A stretch of 64,000 bases of DNA from an uncultured Acidilobus sp. JCHS (lineage in GTDB: Archaea > Thermoproteota > Thermoprotei_A > Sulfolobales > Acidilobaceae): positions 292,377 to 356,376 of the forward strand of contig AYMD01000001.1 in the NCBI GenBank assembly GCA_000495735.1, read 5' to 3'. Below are positions 57,343-64,000 of the stretch, in pieces (the first letter of the stretch is position 1; every line of letters starts with the position of its first letter). Below the pieces are notes generated by a model, which made no database searches, was not told where the DNA came from, and worked only from the letters and a program-made list of their open reading frames with translations. The position numbers were made by a program, and so were the translations under genes.

Positions 57343-58752
57343 CTAAGGGCCTCCTTGGGAGCGGCCAGGCCTTGAGCTCTCAGGGCCCGAACACCTGTTC
57401 AGCCCCTCCATTAACACTGACCTGCAGTCGGCCTTCAGGCTGCCAGCGAGGACAGGCTCCTCAGAGGGGGCCAGCTCGCCCCAGACCCTGAGGGGCTCAA
57501 GCGTAAGCTTACCGCCCTTAGCATAGAGGTAGAGGACGTTATCGTAGTAGGTCGAGAGCGGCGCCCTCCAGGCGTCCTCCCTGGGCAAGGCGTAGAGGTG
57601 GAAGGTCATTATGCCCATGGAGGCCCTGCGCACCAGCACCCTGTAAGTGGCGTTAAGGTAGTCGCTAGGGGTCATGAACCTGCGAAGCATGTGGACGCCC
57701 TCGGCCACGACTACGTCGGGCCTGAAGTCCCTGTCGCTCGTGTAAGCCCTCAGCTCAACGTCTCCTACCGTCGTCAATGAGGCGTCATGACTCTCCACTG
57801 ACAGGTTGCCAAGTTTGTCGCCCAGAAGGTCACCGCAGGCCGCAAGCAGGTCCTTCATGCTGGCGACGCTATGAATGTAGGAGATGTACCTCACCCTCAG
57901 GCCTGAGGCCACTGCCGGCGCCACTAGGTAGTAGACGGAGAACCTGAGCGGGTCAACTGAGGGGTCGTAAAGTATGAGGGTCCCCATGCCCGGCCTCAGC
58001 GTCAGCTCGCCCAGCCTGCACGTCCTCTCGGACCTGGCGCCGCTCGGCAACGCCTCATGCCTCAGAGGGGGAGGGAACTCAATACCCCTCGCGGTAAACG
58101 TGTAGGGCATAGAGGCGTACTCAACGCTCGTCCCCCTCATCTTCCTTATCTCGGCGTACCTCTCCATCTTGCCCTTGATGTAGTGATACTTCATTATTAT
58201 GACGCCGTCTGCTATGAACTCCTCGGGGCCCAGCTGGGATGACTCAGCCCCGAAGGGGAGCTCTGCTATCAGCAGGGAGGTCGCTCCCCTGAGCTTAAGG
58301 CCGAGGTAAAGCGCCGAGTGAAGTACCTCCCTCACCCTCGTCGGGTCCTTGGCCAGCTGCTCGACGGTGGTCACGCTGTCGATGACGACGCGCCTCGCCT
58401 TCATGGAGTCGACCTGGAGAAGGATGTCCTCGATCAGGTTGCTCAGCGCCTCAGGGTCGCTCACGTTGAGCGCCTCATAGTACCTGAAGAGCCCCTTCTC
58501 CTCCAGCGGCCTGAAGTCCATGCCGAACGAGAGCGCGTTCTCGATGAACACGCTCCTGGGCTCAACGAAGCTCACGTATATTGAGGGCTCCCCGGAGGAG
58601 GCGCCGGCGTAAGCGAACTGGGACGCAAGGGTGGTCTTCCCGGCCCCGGGGTAGCCGGCAACCAGGATGACCGAGCCCATCGGCACACCGCTTGCGAATA
58701 GCTCGTCAAGGCCTGGGACGCCTAGCCTGATCCTCTGCCTCTCGTAGCTCAA
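57343..58752 (-). CDS. KaiC/RecA-superfamily ATPase with a degenerate second domain
   Basis: GVPGLDEL, GYPGAGKTT, VVIDS, EEFIADGVI, IRKMRG. Confidence 0.9.
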   Translation of the reverse strand: MSYERQRIRLGVPGLDELFASGVPMGSVILVAGYPGAGKTTLASQFAYAGASSGEPSIYVSFVEPRSVFIENALSFGMDFRPLEEKGLFRYYEALNVSDPEALSNLIEDILLQVDSMKARRVVIDSVTTVEQLAKDPTRVREVLHSALYLGLKLRGATSLLIAELPFGAESSQLGPEEFIADGVIIMKYHYIKGKMERYAEIRKMRGTSVEYASMPYTFTARGIEFPPPLRHEALPSGARSERTCRLGELTLRPGMGTLILYDPSVDPLRFSVYYLVAPAVASGLRVRYISYIHSVASMKDLLAACGDLLGDKLGNLSVESHDASLTTVGDVELRAYTSDRDFRPDVVVAEGVHMLRRFMTPSDYLNATYRVLVRRASMGIMTFHLYALPREDAWRAPLSTYYDNVLYLYAKGGKLTLEPLRVWGELAPSEEPVLAGSLKADCRSVLMEGLNRCSGPESSRPGRSQGGP

Positions 58753-58848
58753 CGGAGTCCCTCTTTCCTATAGTTAGCACTTTATTTTAAACTAACGCTT
58801 CGAAAGGAACACATTACCTGACCAAGTTAACGAGCTGAAGGTAACGCC

Positions 58849-59532
58849 CTATCCCTTAAGTCGCTCGGCCAGGTCGTAGAGGGCGCACGAGAGGGCGCAG
58901 GCCACGTCCCAGGCCTTGAGCGGCTCCCCTCCCCTTATCCTGACCCTCTTGGTCGCCAGGGACAGCACGTCCTTGGAGAAGGGCCCCCTTGGGAAGGCCC
59001 CGAAGCCTATGGCTGATCCTGTCTCGTAGGCCTCCCTCACTATGTCTGCGGGCCTCTCCTCGACCTCAGCGTCCTCGCTCAGCAGTATGAGCCCCCTATT
59101 GCCCAGGAACCCCCTTAGGTCCTTGGCCGCGGTCCATATCAGCGGCTCCCCCTCAGGCGGGGCCCTGCCGACCCTGAGCACCTGGGCCATGAGGCCCTTG
59201 AAGCGGTCGTAGTTCTTCGGCAACCTCACGCCTGGCGAGAACGCGATTACCCTGCCGTCCTGGAGGTGCACGAAGACCTCGGCAAGCCCCTCCCTCACCG
59301 GCGCCTTCTCGAGGAGGTTGAGGAGGCTCAGGTGCACTATGTCTGGCCTCCCCCTCCTCCACCAGGCCTCAAGCGACCTCATGGCCTTCCAGTGTATGCC
59401 AGCGTCAAGCAGCATCTCCCCTGGCCTCAGGCCGTACCTCCTGGCTGTCCTCACGACCTGGGGGTGGCCCGCTATCTGCTCGGGGATAAGCTCAAGGGCG
59501 GCCTCAAGGAGGACCACTGTGACCTTGGCCAT
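58849..59532 (-). CDS. nep1: 16S rRNA pseudouridine N1-methyltransferase Nep1/Emg1
   Basis: LEAALELIP, LLDAGIH, RGRPDIVHLSLL, RLPKNYDRFKGLM, GAFPRG. Confidence 0.92.
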   Translation of the reverse strand: MAKVTVVLLEAALELIPEQIAGHPQVVRTARRYGLRPGEMLLDAGIHWKAMRSLEAWWRRGRPDIVHLSLLNLLEKAPVREGLAEVFVHLQDGRVIAFSPGVRLPKNYDRFKGLMAQVLRVGRAPPEGEPLIWTAAKDLRGFLGNRGLILLSEDAEVEERPADIVREAYETGSAIGFGAFPRGPFSKDVLSLATKRVRIRGGEPLKAWDVACALSCALYDLAERLKG

Positions 59533-59542
59533 AAGCTCATCC

Positions 59543-59796
59543 TCAGCGATCGGTAGGCCTCTTCATCGGTGCTCTCGGAAGCCCTGCCGTTTGTCCCTAG
59601 GCGCTCACCCTCATTAATTTGCGTTCGCTCGTCGCGCCTAGGGACTTCCGCCTCGTCCATAGGGGCTCGCCGTCCCCTATGGCGTCATGGGCGGCCGTCG
59701 AGCCCAACGGAACGGGGCTCCCATCTACAGGGGCTGAGGGGCCTCATAGCTCTCATCTCCCTCGCCCTTGGGGCAGCGCCCCCATCAGGCGAGGGG
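59543..59796 (-). ncRNA. Structured non-coding element (four hairpins plus a C/D-like motif) upstream of nep1
   Basis: Stems 59593-604/59634-45 (12 bp perfect), 59657-65/59674-82, 59700-05/59715-20 and 59759-66/59788-95; minus-strand ATGAAGA...13 nt...CTGA at 59566-59543. Confidence 0.4.
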
Positions 59797-59999
59797 TCGT
59801 CCGTGAGACCTGTCACAAGTATTACCATAAAAAGGCCTCCATTGATGTGAAAAGTGTTTAGTCATGTCATCACTGGTTGCCAGAGGGGGGAGGAGAGGGT
59901 TTTCTGCGTTTCCACAGTATGGGAGCTCTAGCCTGGACAGTCCTGGCGTCTGACGACCTCTACCTTTTAACGCCCTCAGCGACTGGCGTGTCGGGCAAC

Positions 60000-61523
60000 A
60001 TGTCAAAGGGGCAGTGGAGGTACCCAAGGGGCTACCTGAGGCTGGTCTCCACGGTCACCGCCTTCGCGGCCATCCTCACGCCCCTGGACAGCACCATAGT
60101 GAGCGTCTCCCTCCCAGCCATAGCGAGGGGGCTGAGGGCCTCTTACCTGGAGACCATATGGGTCCCCATGGGCTACCTGGTATCGCTCTCCGCCTTCCTC
60201 CTCCTGTTCGGGAGGCTCGGCGACGTGAGGGGCAGGAGGAGGGTCTTCACGACCGGGTTCCTCGTGTTCACCGTGGCCACGGTCATGTGCGCCCTCTCAA
60301 TGAGTGGAGCTGAGCTTGACGCCTGGAGGGTGGTCCAGGGCATGGGGGCGGCTATGATACTGGCCAACAGCGGCGCCATAATAACTGACGCCTACCCGCC
60401 CTGGGAGAGGGGCAAGGCCTTCGGCTACTGGACCCTTGCCGTCTACACGGGGACCACGGTGGGCCCTGTCCTGGGAGGGGCGATAACGACCCTGAGGGCC
60501 ATAGCTGGGGTTCCGAGCTGGAGGTGGGTCTTCCTCGTAACCGTGCCCCTTGCCCTGACAGGCTACCTGTTCTCGCAGGCCTACCTCAAGGAGTCCGTGG
60601 GGCAGCCGGGCCAGCCCGTTGATGCAAGGGGCGGCGCCCTGGCCGCCGTGGGGGTAGCGGCCTCGCTCTTCGGCCTGACGGCGGCCTCCTTTGAGGGCTG
60701 GTCGCCCCCTTACCTGGCCCTCACAGTCGTGGGGGTCGCCCTCATAGCGGCGTTCGTTGTATGGGAGGCCAGGCTTGGCCCCCTGGCCCTCCTCGACGTG
60801 GGCCTCTTCAGGTCTGTCCAGTTCTCCATGGGCAACCTGGCGGCCCTCCTGAACTACGCCGGCTACTTCTTCGTCCCCTTCTTCCTCAGCTACTACATGA
60901 TAGTGGTCCTGGGCATGAGGCCCATAGAGGCCAGCCTCGCCCTCCTATCGCTCTCCCTAGCAATGGTTGTCCTAGCGCCCATAAGCGGCAGGCTGTCAGA
61001 CAGGGTTGGCGCCAGGCCCCTCGCCACGGCCGGGATGCTGCTGATAGCCCTCGGCCTCCTGCTTCTCATACCGCTGGGCCTCAGGGCCACCCTGGCGGAC
61101 GTGACCTGGAGGGCCCTCATAATCGGCGTGGGCATGGGCCTCTTCTCAAGCCCCAACTCGGCCTCGGTAATGAGCGCGGCCCCGAGGGAGAGGCTGGCAG
61201 TGGCCTCGGCAACGCTGAGCCTCATGAGGTTCTACGGCCAGTCCCTCAGCCTCGCCCTGGCCAGCTCCCTTGCAGCGGTATACATACCCAGGCCCGTCCT
61301 GGTGAGCGTCTTCACTGGGCTGCCCGTGAGCGCCGCAGCCAGCGCCCTCGACTTCATCAGGGGAGTTAGGCTCGTCTACGAGGTCATGGTAATGCTAGTC
61401 ATAGTTGGAGCCATAGCGTCAGCTATGAGGGGGCGCGAGAGGAGGGCCAGGCCTTCAGGCGTTGGCCTGCAATGCGGCGACTTTATAACGTGCCCTAGGC
61501 CCAGCCGCCAGGGCCTCGCTTGA
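60000..61523 (+). CDS. MFS DHA2 (EmrB/QacA) transporter
   Basis: LDSTIVSVSLP, GRLGDVRGRRR, WRWVFLV, GRLSDRVG, SSPNSASVM; likely start ATG 60000. Confidence 0.9.
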   Translation: MSKGQWRYPRGYLRLVSTVTAFAAILTPLDSTIVSVSLPAIARGLRASYLETIWVPMGYLVSLSAFLLLFGRLGDVRGRRRVFTTGFLVFTVATVMCALSMSGAELDAWRVVQGMGAAMILANSGAIITDAYPPWERGKAFGYWTLAVYTGTTVGPVLGGAITTLRAIAGVPSWRWVFLVTVPLALTGYLFSQAYLKESVGQPGQPVDARGGALAAVGVAASLFGLTAASFEGWSPPYLALTVVGVALIAAFVVWEARLGPLALLDVGLFRSVQFSMGNLAALLNYAGYFFVPFFLSYYMIVVLGMRPIEASLALLSLSLAMVVLAPISGRLSDRVGARPLATAGMLLIALGLLLLIPLGLRATLADVTWRALIIGVGMGLFSSPNSASVMSAAPRERLAVASATLSLMRFYGQSLSLALASSLAAVYIPRPVLVSVFTGLPVSAAASALDFIRGVRLVYEVMVMLVIVGAIASAMRGRERRARPSGVGLQCGDFITCPRPSRQGLA

Positions 61524-61969
61524 GGTTCACTGTCAGAAAGGCCCTCGAGGGCGCAGGCCCCGAGGCCGCGTGGGCGGTCGTTAAGGACGTTGAGGACATG
61601 TCAAAGTATTGGCGCGGCCACAGGGAGGTCAGGGCGAGGAGGCTTGAAGACGGCTCCTGGGACCTGGCGATAAGGTTCGCCTTCCCGGGCCCCAACAACA
61701 GGGGGAGGGCAAGGGCGACGCTCGACGAGGCCGCTAGGACGCTGACCCTAAGCTACGTTGAGGGGCCCGTAAAGGGTATGGTGAAGGTCTACGTAACAGA
61801 GAACGAGATCGTGACCGAGTGGGACGTCAGCCTGGCCTGGTACCTCAGGCCGCTTGAGGCGTGGGTTAAACGGCACTTCATGAAGGGCGCCCAGCACGCG
61901 CTCGACAGGATAGTAGAGGCCGCCAGGGCTTCAGCGGGGCCGGCCCCTCCAAGGCCCTTGACTAGCTGA
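61520..61969 (+). CDS. SRPBCC/START-like (polyketide cyclase) protein
   Basis: AWAVVKDVEDMSKYW, YVEGPVKG; helix-grip pattern. Confidence 0.7.
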   Translation: MRFTVRKALEGAGPEAAWAVVKDVEDMSKYWRGHREVRARRLEDGSWDLAIRFAFPGPNNRGRARATLDEAARTLTLSYVEGPVKGMVKVYVTENEIVTEWDVSLAWYLRPLEAWVKRHFMKGAQHALDRIVEAARASAGPAPPRPLTS

Positions 61970-62067
61970 CATGGCCTCGATGATATGAAAGGCGCGAGAG
62001 GCGATCTTGCCAAATTCATAGAATGAAAATAAAAAACCTAGGACTTAGAATTAGCGTCAGTCCCTCA

Positions 62068-62754
62068 TCACGGGGCGTACGGCTTAACCTTCTCCACTTC
62101 CTCCTTGGGGGCCTCGGCGTAGGTGAACCACCAGGCGTAGCCCTTGTACTGCCTGAGCCTCTGCTCGGCGTCAGCAACGTTACTCGGCGGGGGCAGGATC
62201 ATCTTGTCCCCTATGAGCTCGTTGCTGGGCCAGTTCGCCGGGGCCACCATCTTGGTCCTATCGATGGCCTGCAGCGTAGCCACAACCCTCAGTATCTCCT
62301 TTACGTTCCTGCCAAGCTCCAGCGGGTAGTAGAGTATGGCCCTCACGATCCCCCTGTTGTCCACCACGAACACGGCCCTGACGGCGGCCGTGGGGCTCTC
62401 GGGGTGTATCATCCCGAGCCTCCTGGCCACCTCGCCCGTGGGGTCAGCTATGATGGGGAACGGGACCTTGACGCCCAGGTTCTTCTCTATCCACTGGACC
62501 CACTCTATGTGGCTTATGTTGCTGTCAACGGAGAGGCCTATGAGGCCTGTGTTAAGCTTCTCGAATTCTGGGTAGAGCCTGGAGAAGCTGTAGAACTCAG
62601 TTGTGCAGACGGGGGTGAAGTCGCCTGGGTGGCTGAAGAGTATGAACCACTTGCCCTGGCCCGTGAAGTGGTCAGGCAACTTGATCCTACCGTGGGTTGT
62701 CACTACCTCCATCTCGGGGAACTTCTCGCCTATGAGAGGTATCCTCTCAGACAT
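62068..62754 (-). CDS. Peroxiredoxin (Prx6 type)
   Basis: [40 protein letters not shown]. Confidence 0.95.
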   Translation of the reverse strand: MSERIPLIGEKFPEMEVVTTHGRIKLPDHFTGQGKWFILFSHPGDFTPVCTTEFYSFSRLYPEFEKLNTGLIGLSVDSNISHIEWVQWIEKNLGVKVPFPIIADPTGEVARRLGMIHPESPTAAVRAVFVVDNRGIVRAILYYPLELGRNVKEILRVVATLQAIDRTKMVAPANWPSNELIGDKMILPPPSNVADAEQRLRQYKGYAWWFTYAEAPKEEVEKVKPYAP

Positions 62755-62915
62755 ACGGGTTCACTCAAGGCTCCTACGCAGCTTCTAGTTAAAAAGCTTT
62801 TCTAACAAGAAACTAAGAAGGGCCTATGAGGTCTGTCAGCGCGGCGCCTGGCCCTTGTGTGAAGGCTTCCCTTAAGACCATCTTGTACCTATCTAATTAC
62901 ATATACAAGCGTTAA

Positions 62916-63740
62916 TTGACCTCGCCTACCTTTACCTCACCACGATGGGGCCTCAGGGTGAGGAGGAAGGAGCTGGCGCTGGCGGCTATCATATCCTCGG
63001 CTATAGCTGTGGCCATACTCTCAATGCCAGACGTCCTGAGGCCCGTGGCAGAGAGCCTGCTTAGGGCGCTGGGGCTCTACTGGCCCGCGGCGGTGCTGCT
63101 GATAGGGGTTATCCACGGCCTGAAGCCGGACGAGCACACGTGGCCCATAACGGTCTCCTACGGCATGATGCAGGAGAGCCTCGGGAAGGCCATGATCTCG
63201 ACGGGCGTGTTCGCGGGGGCCCTGACCCTGGTCTGGGCCTCCTTGAGCGCCCTCACCTCCCAAGTTATCTCGTTCTTCCAAAGCGAGGGGCTCGAGGCCT
63301 ACGTGGACATAGTTGTGGGCCTAACCATGGTGACAGTGGCCAGCGCCCTGCTCACCTTGAGGAGGGGGCATGGGGCCTCAGCGGGAGGCCGTGAGGCGAG
63401 GGCGGACTACAAGGTTATATGGGTCCACGGGGTCGCGGCCGCCTTCGGAGGGGACTTCTTCATTGTGTTCTACATGACCGTGATCCTGCTCCCCGTGATG
63501 TCGGCAAGCATGGGGTTCGCCGTGGGGCTGCTCTTCGGCCTGGGATCCTGGGCAGCGCAGTCCGCCGTGGTGGCCATGATATATAAGGGTCTCATCAAGG
63601 CCGTGAGGGACGTGAGCCTGTTGACGAGCGCTGGGAGGCTCTCGCTCCTCTTCCTTGGAGTATTCATGATAGGGCTGGGGGTGTTCTCGTTAACGGACGT
63701 CGGTCAGGCCCTCAGGCGCCTCGCGGCTGCCCTGACTTAA
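62916..63740 (+). CDS. NicO/UreH-like nickel/cobalt transporter family membrane protein
   Basis: IHGLKPDEHTW (HxxxxDxH-like) and VHGVAA; about 8 TM. Confidence 0.55.
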   Translation: MTSPTFTSPRWGLRVRRKELALAAIISSAIAVAILSMPDVLRPVAESLLRALGLYWPAAVLLIGVIHGLKPDEHTWPITVSYGMMQESLGKAMISTGVFAGALTLVWASLSALTSQVISFFQSEGLEAYVDIVVGLTMVTVASALLTLRRGHGASAGGREARADYKVIWVHGVAAAFGGDFFIVFYMTVILLPVMSASMGFAVGLLFGLGSWAAQSAVVAMIYKGLIKAVRDVSLLTSAGRLSLLFLGVFMIGLGVFSLTDVGQALRRLAAALT

Positions 63741-63943
63741 GTGGCGCAGAGGCGCTGGAAGGCCTCTTGATAACAACGCCTAGGGCCGGCTCGCCTCTGA
63801 CCTGCAGGCCTTCGCTAGGCTTCAGTAACCAGGCCCTGGGGTCAGCCTGAGGCCCAGCTCTCAGCTCGACCTCGTCTAGCTGACCGATAAAGGCGACCTA
63901 GACCTTAAGGAAAAAGAGGGCCCATGCGAGGGAGGCCGTCGGC

Positions 63944-64000
63944 TCAGAACCTGACGAAGTCCTTGCCGAGGGCCCCGCATATCGGGCACTTGGGCGGCGG
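63944..64000 (-). CDS. C-terminus of a rubrerythrin-like protein (rubredoxin-type knuckle), 5' part outside the window
   Basis: Minus strand reads PPPKCPICGALGKDFVRF then TGA. Confidence 0.65.
   Translation of the reverse strand, partial: PPPKCPICGALGKDFVRF

Noticed and set aside
59560-59800. RNase P RNA or SRP RNA identity for the structured region
   Set aside because: GGGGCTGAGG and GGAAGTCC are only partial look-alikes; the conserved RNase P CR-I/CR-V and SRP helix 8 motifs are absent
517-63667. The many overlapping short or antisense ORFs in the track (e.g. 4053-4589, 12623-13384, 24917-25672, 27490-28260, 46913-47560, 62023-62805)
   Set aside because: Shadow frames of GC-rich genes; no motifs, atypical composition, and fully overlapping well-supported CDSs
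1-64000. CRISPR array, IS elements, rRNA genes
   Set aside because: No regularly spaced repeats, terminal inverted repeats with a transposase, or long rRNA-like stretches were seen

Overview
GC-rich archaeal chromosomal segment. Frequent AGG/ATA codons, TTG/GTG starts, GGAGGTGA Shine-Dalgarno sites, TATA boxes, Alba, SRP54, Nep1 and A-type ATPase subunits point to a thermoacidophilic crenarchaeote, probably Acidilobales (inference). It holds about 63 protein genes, mostly housekeeping or metabolic: tmcA, nfo, upp, tldD/pmbA, gcvH, sdhACDB, thrB, srp54, nep1, peroxiredoxin. It also holds two tRNAs (Gly-TCC with an unusual C33, and Arg-TCG) and features absent from the ORF track: two strong and one weaker box C/D guide sRNA, a multi-hairpin element upstream of nep1, and a 56-aa aCcr1-like ribbon-helix-helix gene. 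The most notable loci are (i) a 44.8-56.5 kb short-chain carboxylate-activation region with two acyl-CoA synthetases, each next to a small-solute channel, plus a Pat-like acetyltransferase and a coupled pair of truncated MutS4-like ATPases of unknown function, and (ii) a B12-radical SAM plus radical SAM/SPASM operon that is a candidate for tetraether (GMGT) lipid bridging and methylation. Several single-base frameshifts in G/C runs, including one in SRP54, suggest homopolymer sequencing errors. No CRISPR array, integrase or transposase was seen.
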